NCBI GenBank assembly: GCA_964016885.1
Contig: OZ024741.1
Span: 318,494,001-318,558,000 of the forward strand
DNA from: Eledone cirrhosa
Lineage: Eukaryota
Length of the DNA: 64,000 nucleotides
Direction: 5' to 3'
Part shown: one piece after another, positions 26,560 to 40,120 of the stretch
Numbering within the stretch: position 1 is the stretch's first letter
How the letters are laid out: every line of letters begins with the position of its first letter
Program-made: the position numbers and the translations under genes
The notes under the pieces: generated by a model
Told to the model about the DNA's origin: nothing
Databases searched by the model: none
The model's input: only the letters and a program-made list of their open reading frames with translations

Positions 26560-29470
26560 CTTAAAATATGTCTGTAACCCAACTAATCTAACAAGCTGTC
26601 TGTTAGATATCTGGCAAGCTTTCGATGTTAGATATCAATCTAACAGTAAGCTATCAATGTTAAATATCAATCTAACCATAAGTTATCAATGTTAAATATC
26701 AAACAAGATATCAGTGTTAGATATGTAATAACAAGCTATCAAAGTCAGATGTCAATCCTACAACAACCTATCAACATCAGATATCTAATATCAACCGACC
26801 TATGTTAGATATATATCTAACAAGCTACGAATGTCACATATTTATCTAACAACTCTGATATTCTGACTTATGTCTCTATTGTTTTTTCAGAGGTAGGGAG
26901 TTATCTCCCTTGTGCTACATTGTAACTGCGCATGACAGGAACTGGCCACACTTATAAATAGTGATTTCCTTGAATTTGAACAGAGAGTTTCTTGCCTTGA
27001 TATTCCCCGTGGTGCATAATAATTCCTGACGCTTGATATGTTATTTTCATACTAGTGCCCCTTTAATATACGGACTACATCCCTTTTTTAACATGTTAAA
27101 CCTCATTGACTTTGATCTGATCATGACCTACCAAATAAGACATTTCATCTGGCGACGAATTTCGAACTGTTCATAGACAGACATAGCGTTGAGACACTGT
27201 ATGGCGCTCTAAAACTATTCCGCAAAGGTACCGACGCCACCGAGACACTAACAAAATTGAGAAATATGTGAAGCGAGGAGAATTGATATTCACTACAGAA
27301 GATATCATCACTGGCGCTAAAAAGAAAAAGTATGATACAGATATGGGGGTGGCAAGATGGTCTCATGACACTCTTCGATCATACAGGTAAAGTCAATAAC
27401 AGAAGATTGTTTCAGTCAACCCGTAAAAAAGCATCAAGGATAGTTTGAAAGTAACAATGAATCAGGTATACCCCATACTTTTCCATGACATGCCTGAGGG
27501 TAGCAAGAAGTTTTGGGACTGGTCTCCTCAAGTTCTAGAGCTAGCAATGAGATATCAACTTGATATACCAGAACCTGCAGCCAGAGGAGCCATCGCTATG
27601 CAAAACTCAAGTTTCTACAAGAAGGACCTGATTTTGAAACACTGGTTAAACCGGGGTGTACTCTTAAAACAACTGAAAATCAAGCGAAAAGTATGTCGCA
27701 AATGGAGCCTATGCATTCCATTAAGACTCCTCGTATGACCCACAACGGGAGAACTACCTGTGATAAATGAGGGCATGAGAAAAAAAAAGCTAACCGATAT
27801 GGATCATGTCCAGCAAAAGGCAAAACATTATTTAATAAACGAAAAAATGGTGTTGAGTATAAGATACATGTTGGCAAATAAATGCTCATAAGTCAACGAT
27901 TGTTATACAAGGGGATGAGTAGTCAGTGATTACGGCAAACGGCATTCTGTAAAGGAGCATCTTTTGGGATAAAACTCCTGTCATGATGGCAAGGCTCTTC
28001 TCGATTGATAATTAGTTCTTCTCAAACAGAGATAGTGATTGACTTGTGTAGTTGACTTGTTTGAGGGTTAGGCTGCATAACTGCAACAGATTCACTAAGG
28101 ACTTGTTTTCAAGTTTTGGTGAAAAAGCGCCCATCACCTATTCATTTTTTCATTCGCTGGGGCAGATTGCAGCTTTGTACAGCTTACTCACATTCATCAG
28201 TCCATTTAAATCTCTCCTCATTTTTTAACACGGAACAAATGAGTGCAGTCATGTCGCTGAATGTTTCTATACCTGTTCGACTGATGAAATATGTGTTATA
28301 TTGGCACATTTGCAGAAGACTATTCACCTTGGCCGCTTATTCCGGGCCGGTAATTTTTTATGGTTGCTGCCAAAGTGGCAGGGTCTGCAAATATGCCTTT
28401 CGCTGAGACGTTGAAGGCAAAATAAAGTACTTTTGATTTGTTCCATTCACATTTGTCTCTACTCAAGATGAAATCTTTATCACTGAGTCTCTGAAGTATA
28501 ATTCTTAAATGCTCATCATAGTCTTGCTGGTCTGCACCATGTATGATAATATTATCTTTGATTTCGTCATGTCTCGGTAAATCATAAACGGCTCGACGTA
28601 ATTTTTTGTTGAATTCCTCACTCACAGTTGAGGCACCCATAACTAGTCGCTCAAATCGGAAAATACCACAATGAGTGCAAAATTTTGTCAAGTGTCTTGA
28701 TTGTTTATTGAGGGGCATTTGATGGAACGCATGATTGAGATTTAGTTTTGTGAAGTGTTCAGCTCTATTTAAAGAATAGCGAGCTCTAGTACTGATGGAA
28801 TGATGTATTGGGTTCGTTGGGTTGCTCTGTTTGCATCTCGCATATCTACTGCTAAGCGAATGTTATTGCCGTTTCCCCCACTTCTTCTCAGTAATTAGAA
28901 GCCCATTCCAAATTTTCTGTAGAGTTCAAGGGTCATTCGATAATATCATTAGCCAAAGGTTCGCCTAAGTGTTTACCAGCTTTGCCTCTGCATGCTAAAG
29001 GCATGGGACAATATCGTTGTACTACTGGTGTAACATCGCTGTCTATCTTAAACTGTCTCTCGCTGTCTACCTTAAACTCAATTTCATCACCATTGAATGA
29101 TTCAACTCTATCAAATGTGTGATCAAATTCTTGGAGTATCTTTTCCATGGAGCTCAGTAATCTTGTGGTGTTAGCGTTGACATCAAAGGCTCCGGATCCG
29201 TCTGGATTAATTTACAAAATGCCAAATGCCTTGGTATTTTCACAACTGAGCAAACTAAGTCTAGTATGTGGTGAATGTGGGCATTTTGGAAAAGCTGAGC
29301 TAGTTGCTGTGGTGCAGTTGTATGGCATTTGTCCGCCATAACGCAAGTGCCAATTCGATTCGTCTGACTAGAATGGAGATCCATTACTACTTTTTATCAA
29401 ACCTGAGTTAACATGTGTGCATAACACTCTATGAAGTTTCTGAATGAAGTGAACTACGGAAGATGTTGTC
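26560..29470. mobile_element. Degraded, rearranged Ty3/Gypsy LTR retrotransposon
   Basis: PBS-like ...CA-TCTGGCGACGA at about 27147; gag knuckle remnant GSCPAKGKT on + (about 27800); RT remnants on - (TKFCTHCGIFRFERLVMGA, DNIIIHG, TPVVQRY). Confidence 0.7.
28100..29250 (-). pseudogene. Gypsy pol (RT) fragments
   Basis: ORFs 28320-28718 and 28933-29148 carry degenerate RT motifs; many stops and frameshifts. Confidence 0.75.
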
Positions 29471-29489
29471 ACATCAAGCTGCCAATGCT

Positions 29490-31597
29490 GTCTGTCTAAC
29501 AAACTATCAACGTTAAATATCTAACAACAACCAACTAATGTTAGGTGTCTATCTAACAACAACCAACTAATGTTAGGTGTCTATCTAACAACAACCAACC
29601 AATGTTAGGTGTCTATCTAACAACAACCAACCAATGATAGGTGTCTATCTAACAACAACCAACCAATGTTAGGTGTCTATCTAACAACAACCAACCAATG
29701 TTAGGTGTCTATCTAACAACAACCAACCAATGTTAGGTGTCTATCTAACAACAACCAACCAATGTTAGGTGTCTATCTAACAACAACCAACTAATGTTAG
29801 GTGTCTATCTAACAACAACCAACCAATGTTAGGTGTCTATCTAACAATAACCAACCAATGATAGGTGTCTATCTAACAACAACCAACTAATGTTAGGTGT
29901 CTATCTAACAACAACCAACCAATGTTGGGTGTCTATCTAACAACAGCCAACCAATGTTAGGTGTCTATCTAACAACAACCAACCAAGGATAGGTGTCTAT
30001 CTAACAACAACCAACCAATGTTAGGTGTCTATCTAACAACAACCAACCAATGTTAGGTGTCTATCTAACAACAACCAACTAATGTTAGGTGTCTATCTAA
30101 CAACAACCAACCAATGTTAGGTGTCTATCTAACAATAACCAACCAATGATAGGTGTCTATCTAACAACAACCAACTAATGTTAGGTGTCTATCTAACAAC
30201 AACCAACCAATGTTAGGTGTCTATCTAACAACAGCCAACCAATGTTAGGTGTCTATCTAACAACAACCAACCAATGATAGGTGTCTATCTAACAACAACC
30301 AACCAATGTTAGGTGTCTATCTAACAACAACCAACCAATGTTAGGTGTCTATCTAACAACAACCAACCAATGTTAGGTGTCTATCTAACAACAACCAAGC
30401 AATGTTAGGTGTCTACCTAACAACAACCAACCAATGTTAGGTATCTATCTAACAACAACCAACCAATGATAGGTGTCTATCTAACAACAACCAATGTTAG
30501 ATGTCTATCTAACAACAATCTCTCAATGTCAGATGTCTATCTAACAACAATCTTTCAATGTTACATGTCTATCTAACAACAAGCTATCAATGTTAGATGT
30601 CTATCAAACAACAAGCTATCAACGTTAGATGTCTATCTAACAACAATCTCTCAAAGTTAGATGTCTATCTAACAACAATCTTTCAATGTTAGATGTCTAT
30701 CAAACAACAAGCTATCAACGTTAGATGTCTATCTAACAACAATCTCTCAAAGTTAGATGTCTATCTAACAACAATCTTTCAATGTTAGATGTCTATCTAA
30801 CAACAATCTCTCAAAGTTAGATGTCTATCTAACAACAAGCTATCAATGTTAGATGTGTATCTAACAACAATCTCTCAAAGTTAGATGTCTATCTAACAAC
30901 AATCTTTCAATGTTAGATGTGTATCTAACAACAATCTCTCAATGTTAGATGTCTATCTAACAACAATCTCTCAAAGTTAGATGTCTATCTAACAACAAGC
31001 TATCAACGTTAGATGTCTATCTAACAACAATCTCTCAATGTTAGATGTCTATCTAACAACAATCTCTCAAAGTTAGATGTCTATCTAACAACAAGCTAGC
31101 AACGTTAGATGTCTATCTAACAACAATCTCTCAATGTTAGATGTCTATCTAACAACAATCTTTCAATGTTAGATGTCTATCAAACAACAAGCTATCAACG
31201 TTAGATGTCTATCAAACAACAAGCTATCAACGTTAGATGTCTATCAAACAACAAGCTATCAACGTTAGATGTCTATCAAACAACAAGCTATCAACGTTAG
31301 ATGTGTATCTAACAACAATCTCTCAAAGTTAGATGTGTATCTAACAACAAGCTATCAACGTTAGATGTCTATCTAACAACAATCTCTCAAAGTTAGATGT
31401 CTATCTAACAACAAGCTATCAACGTTAGATGTCTATCTAACAACAATCTTTCAATGTTAGATATCTATCAAACAACAAGCTATCAACGTTAGATGTGTAT
31501 CTAACAACAAGTTATCAAAGTCCGATGTTTATCTAACAACAAACTACCAACATCAAATATATAACATCAACCAACCAATATTAGCTGTCTATCTAAA
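29490..31597. repeat. 32-bp satellite array (about 65 units, two sub-arrays)
   Basis: CTATCTAA recurs at 29581, 29613 and onward; unit TGTTAG(G/A)TGTCTATCTAACAACAA plus a variable segment. Confidence 0.97.
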
Positions 31598-31782
31598 ATT
31601 GATGAACACTTTGCTGTAATATTTAACATAATCTTATATATGGAATCTTTTAAACACTGTTGTAATTATTTGTTTCTCTGAATGCAATGCTTCACTATAT
31701 TCTTCTACACTTCACTTCACTTCTTTCGAATAACAATCAAAGCAGGATATTAGCTTTATTAGAAACAGAGAAAAACAATATG

Positions 31783-31840
<58 letters not shown>

Positions 31841-31844
<4 letters not shown>

Positions 31845-32028
31845 GTTTCTACTTTAGGCACAAGGCCAGCAATTACCCAGTTCATTACTGGTACTTTATT
31901 TTATCGACCCCGTAAGGATGAAAGGCAAAGTCAACCTCAGCGGGATTTGAACTCAGATCGTAAAGGGACGTAACTATGCTGGAAAGCATGGCGTCCGACC
32001 CTCTACCGATACTGCCAATCCACCGCCC
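31841..32028 (-). mobile_element. Full-length SINE (main family)
   Basis: Near-identical reverse complement of 48955-49143. Confidence 0.9.
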
Positions 32029-32187
32029 TTATATATATATATAATAAGGAGTTGACGGACCCAGTATATTTATCAATGCCAGGACCGGTTGTATCTCAGC
32101 GTACTCAATAGGTAATGTAGGATACATTCCCAGAGTATACACATAGTTATATTTATATATACATATATAATATATATATATATTATA

Positions 32188-32395
32188 GAAGTGGTTACAC
32201 AGCAGTTAGTTCACCATACCAATGGATATGGTTATACGGAACCATGTCCATTACGAGCTGAGGATCCGCTAAGGTGAAACAATAGTTCTCGGTATGGTGA
32301 ACTAACTGCTGTGTAACCACTTCTACCTAACTCGTCCCATGGACTGAGTGCACTACCACTACGGATATTACATTACCTTCCAGTGTCCTACCACT
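32188..32395 (+). mobile_element. Fold-back element with hammerhead (32254-32291) and tail
   Basis: 35-bp perfect inverted arms; CGAG-CTGAGGA-TCCGCTAAGGT-GAAA-CAATAG-TT-CTCG. Confidence 0.8.
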
Positions 32396-32485
32396 ATATA
32401 TATTATATATATATTGAGTTAAGAACTCAGGGTAGTCTCTTACAATTAAATAGCTCTAAGAAAAAAGCTTTTCCGAGCCGTACAA

Positions 32486-32834
32486 TATAATTGAATAACA
32501 AGAGAGATGAACACTAATATAAACATACATGTGTTTGAATCGTAAGGACTAAAGTTTGCTAGAGTGAAAAAATACTAACTACAGCAATATAGTTTGTTAT
32601 CCTTAACTTTAAATATTAAAAGAAGAACAATTAAAAAAATAACAGACCTAGGCATTTTTGCCCAATATAAGTCTGTTATTTTTCTTAATTTTTCTTAATT
32701 TAATATTTAAAGTTAAGGATAACAAACTATATTGCTGTAGTTAGTATTTTTTCACCCTAGCAAATTTTAGTCCTTACGATTCGAACACATGTATGTTTAT
32801 ATTAGTGTTCATCTCTCTTGTTTATTCAATTATA
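32486..32834. mobile_element. Fold-back element (about 350-bp palindrome)
   Basis: Arms are reverse-complementary with few mismatches. Confidence 0.8.
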
Positions 32835-33135
32835 TATATAATATATATATATATAATATATAATATATATATATATAATATATATATAATATATATATAA
32901 TATATATATATAATATATAATATATATATATATAATATATATATAATATATATATATATATAATATATATATATATATAATATATATATATTATATATAT
33001 ATATATATTATATATATATATATATATTATATATATATATATTATATATATATATATTATATATTATATATATATTATATATATATTATATATAATATAT
33101 ATATATAATATATATATATATAATATATATATATA

Positions 33136-33590
33136 GGATTATCCTAGATGCAGTAATGGTTAATTACTACACTGGATAGGGTTGACGTACGGTGAGAGGT
33201 TACTCAACGAGTTATGGAAGAATTGTTGAAGAAACTTAGTTCCTGATCCTTCTGTATTTCGGAGTGTAGATAAAGAATGAATAATAACAGGTAGACATCA
33301 TAAAAAGGTAATTTATTCCGTGAGCTTACAATGTTTCTATGGTGGTTGTACAGCCTAGTTATGCTATGTGCAAATTTACAACTATTTGCAAAACTCAATT
33401 ATCAAATGCACATTGTACATTTTAACCATTCTGCTCTGATGATACAGTGGTCACAGCATTTGATAATTGAGTTTTGCAAATAGTTGTAAATTTGCACATA
33501 GCATAACTAGGCTGTACAACCACCGTGGAAGCATTTGTAAGCACACGGAATAAATGACCTTTTTATGATGTTTACCTGTTATTATTCATT

Positions 33591-33596
<6 letters not shown>
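33136..33596 (-). mobile_element. Fold-back element (arms 33270-33409 / 33457-33596) with left tail
   Basis: Inverted arms; tail is homologous to 33925-34040. Confidence 0.8.
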
Positions 33597-33623
<27 letters not shown>

Positions 33624-33626
<3 letters not shown>

Positions 33627-34054
33627 AAAGAGAAAACACAGGTAAGCATTAAGAGAAGGATTTAATCCAGGTATTTACGACCGTTTCATTGGTAAGTGCA
33701 ACCTTATAATGCTATACTGCAAATAGCAGCCACTCAATTATAATTGTTGTTCACAGTCCAAATTTTCAAAATACTATTTTGAAAATTTGGACTGTGAACA
33801 ACAATTATAATTGAGTGGCTGCTATTTGCAGTATAGCATTATAAGGTTGCACTTACCAATGAAACGGTCGTAAATACCTGGATTAAATCCTTCTCTTAAT
33901 GCTTACCTGTGTTTTCTCTTTTATACTTTATACTCCAAGATTGAACGGAATTCTTACAAACTTGTAGAGTTACCCCTAACCGTACGTTGAAACCATCCAT
34001 GAAACTGGCTTTCTTAACCAAAAACTGGATTACAATAAGCAATTTTTTGCTTCT

Positions 34055-34060
<6 letters not shown>
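33624..34060 (+). mobile_element. Fold-back element: 301-bp palindrome (apex 33774) plus tail
   Basis: Apparently perfect palindrome at 33624-33924; contains hammerhead 3' half GAAACGGTC. Confidence 0.88.
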
Positions 34061-34128
<68 letters not shown>

Positions 34129-34130
<2 letters not shown>

Positions 34131-34546
34131 CGTTTGAATTTGTAAACCGAAACAATGCAGGTATGGACATAGAATAAAAATGCAAATGCAAAAGATATTG
34201 TTGACAATTAGTCTTTTACCTTTGATTTTTTTAAATGTCCTTAATTTTCGAGATAATATCTCTTCTTCGGAGGGAAGTAAAGCGGTTAAATCAGTGTTCT
34301 AAATAGCTTGCCAAGTCGGCAAGCTATTCAGAACACTGGTTTAACCGCTTTACTTCCCTCCGAAGAAGAGATATTATCTCGAAAATTAAGGACATTTAAA
34401 AAAATCAAAGGTAAAAGACTAATTGTCAACAATATCTTTTGCATTTGCATTTTTATTCTATGTCCATACCTGCATTGTTTGGCTTTACAAATTCAAACGT
34501 TTATACCTCATTACACAATGCTTCAAGTGAACTATAACTTCCTCCA
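34129..34546 (+). mobile_element. Fold-back element: 373-bp palindrome (apex 34315) plus tail
   Basis: Palindrome 34129-34501; hammerhead-like CCT-CCGAAGA-A-GAGAT(ATT)ATCTC-GAAA-AT-TA-AGG. Confidence 0.85.
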
Positions 34547-34554
34547 TATATATA

Positions 34555-34645
<91 letters not shown>

Positions 34646-34668
34646 TTGGAGCTCTGAAATAGCAATAT

Positions 34669-34927
34669 ATATATGGATGTATATATAATGTATTTTGCAA
34701 TACACTTTATGCTTAATTAAAAGCATTTTGAAGACCGTAAGCTATTGTTTTAAAGTAGTGACAAATTCACTCACTTTGATCTCAGCAAATTCACTCACTT
34801 TGATCTCCCCTGTTTGCTGAGATCAAAGTGAGTGAATTTGTCACTACTTCAAAACAATAGCTTACGGTCTTCAAAATGCTTTTAATTAAGCATAAAGTGT
34901 ATTGCAAAATACATTATATATACATCC

Positions 34928-34930
<3 letters not shown>
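34669..34930. mobile_element. Fold-back element with a 21-bp duplication at the apex
   Basis: About 115-bp near-perfect arms; AAATTCACTCACTTTGATCTC is duplicated. Confidence 0.82.
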
Positions 34931-35026
<96 letters not shown>

Positions 35027-35303
35027 ATTATATATACATTTATATATTTATTATATACATTTATATATTTTTTAATCATTTTTCAATCATATATTATTAT
35101 TTGTTTGACCCGAATAGCTTGCTCGCTTTTGTGGCTTTGCGGTTAATGGTTTAACCATCATCTCAGTGTGTATGGCCTTTTTAACCTATGTTCATTGCTT
35201 TAGTACACTCGTATCTATCGAGCGCTTGCCACATAATTCCGCTAATTTCCACTAGCCGAAATGCGATTCTCGGTAATTTATATTTATAATATATATATTT
35301 ATA

Positions 35304-35368
<65 letters not shown>

Positions 35369-35373
35369 ATGTA

Positions 35374-36278
<905 letters not shown>

Positions 36279-36378
36279 ATTCATTAGTTATGCAAAACAA
36301 GACCACAAATTTCACAAGGGAGACATTATTAAAAGATTGTCAACATAGTTTTAGTTTAATGTAAGGAATGTAGATAAT

Positions 36379-36424
<46 letters not shown>

Positions 36425-36666
36425 TTTTCTTTATTAACCACAAGGGTTCACATAAAGTAGACATTAAGGACAGTACAGGACAATACAGGACGGTACAAAT
36501 GGGCATTTCTGCGTGTAAAAAAACAGAGGTTGAAATAAAATAACAAAGAAAAATTCCCCAATAGGGGGGAGACTTCCAAGGGACATTTGTGGAGAAAGCC
36601 CATTAAAAGACCACAGTGGCCCTGACCACCAGGGCAAGTGCCCTCTCCCAGTTTTCCACCTTTAAT

Positions 36667-39600
36667 TTACAGACACATACTCAGAGAAGGCCCATTCATT
36701 CGGGCCATACTTGCTTCTCTCACCCATCTTTCAACAAAATGCTGGGAAGAGAGCACTTCCCTCTCTACCCTGATTTTCCTTTTCAAATGAAATTTGAAAA
36801 AGTTAATCAGGGCATCACCGAAGAGGTAAGTGCTCGTCTTCAGCCCTTTCAAACGTGTCCACCATACTATCTCTTTCGCCATGGCCACCAGACAGATAAA
36901 AACTGCCTGCCCTTCCAGGCTAAAGGAAGGGGGTGGGGCAATCCTCACGATGGACTCAGCTGATAGCTGGATCCGTCCTACACGTGACAGCAGGTGTTCG
37001 ACATAAACCCACAAGTCAGCAATGCTCGGACACTGGACGAGTGCGTGCAGGACGGTTTCGTCGCCCTGCGCGCATCTCGGACATGCCCGGCTGACGGCAC
37101 CTCCATGCCTGTAGAGTTTATCCCGAACTGGCAAAGCTCCTCGGTAGCACTGCCAGGCCAGGGATTTCTGGAAGTTGTCCATAGGCCCCGGCCCGAAAGT
37201 CCTTCCGAAGAGATTGGCTAGTTGATTTTCGTCGACGCCTAGAGTTTCTCCAAGTACGTCGTCGCTCTTCCCCTCCACTAATCCCCTATAGAACGCCAAG
37301 GTGGAGTTTCCACCGATCACATTGCCCGATTGGTCGAGGGCTGTGAGCGCCTGAAGACATTCCAGTCTCCAAGCGCTCCCTCTCGGTCTTCGCTTGACCC
37401 AGGACTGCAGCTCCGCCAAGGAGACGAGCTGGGGAAAAATGTGTCTTGCAAACGGCGACCACACCTGATCACCGTCGAGGAAGAGGTGGAGATGTCGTAG
37501 CCTGAGCGCGTGTCTGCGCATCATCAGCCACGGCATGCCCAGCCCTCCACGTAGCGGGTGTTGACAGCAGATGGACCGCCTGACTATCGGAGCGCGTCCC
37601 TTCCACAAGAAGCGAAAGAGCAAACGCTCCAGCGCAGTCAGGCGGGGCTTAGGACAAGGTACGACGGTCAGGCGGTAGTAGATGACGGATGCGATGTACG
37701 CATTCGCCACCTCCGCTCGACCTTTTAGGGATAGCTTCCTCTCGGCCCATTTCTGGGTGAGAGAAGCCACCCTGCTCGTCACCTCGTCCCAGTTTTTGTC
37801 CGTCTGGAGGTCTGGACCGAACCAGACCCCTAGCAATTTAACCGGTCAGTCCGTCCAGCGCCCGACGACGCTGTTGGACGGCATGGACCTGCCTCTACAG
37901 GTGCCGAGCTGCAGGCCCACTGACTTTTCCTGGTTGATCATTGCTCCTGTCACCGCTTCGTATTCTCTTAGTGTAGTGCCGATCGCCTCGATGTGTTTGG
38001 CGTTCGACACCACTACGGTGACATCGTCGGCATATGCTGACACGGATCTTCCGCATCCTAGTTCGCGCGGGACCCCCCTCAACGTCTCCAGTTTGTGCAG
38101 TAATGGCTCGAGAGTCAATACGTACAATAGGGACGAGAGGGGACATCCTTGGCGAACCGAGCGCATGATGTTGAACGGTTCCGAAAGGTGACCGTTCACT
38201 CTCACTACAGAGCAGATGTCGCTGTGCATGGCAGCGATCCAGCCTCTGAAGACGGGCCCAAAGCCAGCCGCCCTCAGGACTGCCGCTAGGTAACGATGGT
38301 CGACCCTATCGAAGGCTTTCGACTGATCTAAATTGATCAAAGACCCACCCGTGCCAGGTTCCCTAGCTACCCTCTCTACGATGTATCGCATGAGGTGGAG
38401 GTTGTCGTGGATGGATCTGTCGGGAATGGCGCATGTCTGTGCCTCTCCCACCAGACCACCAACGACAAGCGCCAACCTCTTTGCTAGCACCTTGGCCAAA
38501 ATCTTGAACTCTGTGTTTAGCAGAGTTATGGGCCTAAAATTATCTATGTTATCCCCCTTGTTCGGATCCTTTCTCAGCAGCGCCACCGCTCCTCGGCTCA
38601 CAGAGCTGGGAATTCTCCCGTTCTGTTGCCAGTTACAGTAGACGTCCGCCAAGAGGCCTCCGAACAAGTTTGGCATTTGTACGTAAAGTTCATAGGGCAG
38701 ACCATCCAAACCAGGCGATTTGCCCCTTGTGCAACTAGTCATTGCATCCCGTACTTCAGCGGTTGTTATCGGCTTTTCGCAACACTCCGCCTCAGTGGCC
38801 GAAAGCCGCGGCAGTCCGTCGAGGTAGACACTAAAGTCCATCCCTCGATCCGGCCCGCCACTGCCCCCGAACAGTTGAGCGAAGTGTCGCTGAAAAGCTT
38901 CACACATTTGCCCGGGATCGAGTAGCATGCGCCCGTCGTGGTCCACCAAAGACCGGATCGTGGCTTTGTTGCCACGACGCGCCTCCGCCACTCGGGCCCA
39001 TTCAACGGCTTTCGTCCCCTCGTGTCTAAGAGCACGCACCCTAGCTCTGACAACGCAGCCTTCGTGCTTTGCATTGAAGAATTGGTCAAGGGCCAATTTC
39101 GCCGCAAGTACGTCGGTCGCGATGCCTTTGCTAAGCGCCTCATCTAATTTTCTAACTAATTCTCCCTCTGCTCTATTTTTCTCTATTGCTAAAGTCTTAC
39201 TAAACCTAATGGACTCTATTCTAATTGCTCTTTTCAGAGCAAACCACCACTTGTTGTTGACGATGGCCCCCGTCAACGCCCGCTTAACTAGTTCGCTAAT
39301 CCGGTCTCTGTAGGCCTTGCGCGCTGGTAAGGACGCGTTTAGCTTCCAGTAGCCGGGTCCTCGTCTATGAAGCCTATCTAAGTCAAGCACACAGATCACG
39401 AATTTGTGGTCCGTGTAGCTGACTATCTTGAATTGTGGACAGCCTATGCTAGACCTATCTATTTCCCTACAAAATACTCTATCTAGATATGATCTGGATG
39501 ACCCTATGCGATTTGTCCAAGTCCACATTGGTACATTCGGGAAATCCATTCGGTACCTGTCAGACAGTTCAAAACGTCTGAGCAGGTTGGTGAGACTCTT

Positions 39601-40086
39601 GCACCCTCCTTCCCTATCCACTAATCCCACACAATCCCAGCGTGCATCTAATATCCCGTTCCAGTCGCCCACTAACACTAAAGAGCGGGACGTTCCAAGA
39701 AAGGTCTCCAGACGCCGGAAGAAATCAGACCGCCCTGCTCCTGTCGGGGCATAGACGGCCACTAACCTGAAAGCTTGCCCGGCTCCGCTGGTCACGTCCA
39801 GCACCACCAACTTACCTTCTGGGTCCAGGAAGATGGCCCGTATGGCAAGATCCAAACCTCTCCGAAAAAGCACAGCAACTCCTCCCCCCGATCCCGGACG
39901 GCTGTGAGATGCGTACACATTGTAGCCGCCGAAGATCGGTGCGAAAGCCTGTGCTTCGGAGATTCTGGTCTCGCTGATGGCCACTACATCTATGTTTAGT
40001 GACCTGAGGTCGTTGAGCAGGTAGCCCTGCTTCCATGACGACCCCAAGCCACGCGCATTTATGCTGCCTATTCTGAGTGAGGTCAT
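36667..40086 (-). CDS. ORF2p: AP endonuclease, reverse transcriptase and C-terminal CCHC (about 1139 codons, one in-frame TGA at 37846-37848)
   Basis: SINARGL, ISETR, VGDWN, LDRVF, TDH; KSPGLDG, FRPITLLN, DQSKAFDRV, RQGCPLS, YADD; CPRC...ETVLHALVQC. The two listed ORFs are in the same frame. Confidence 0.93.
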
Positions 40087-40120
40087 GTTGAAAAGGAGTG
40101 GAAAAGATGGGAAAGACCAC

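Noticed and set aside
29490-31597. CRISPR-like pattern (palindromic constant part plus variable part)
   Set aside because: The variable parts are only a few bases and recur; there are no unique spacers or cas genes, and the context is eukaryotic. It is a satellite.
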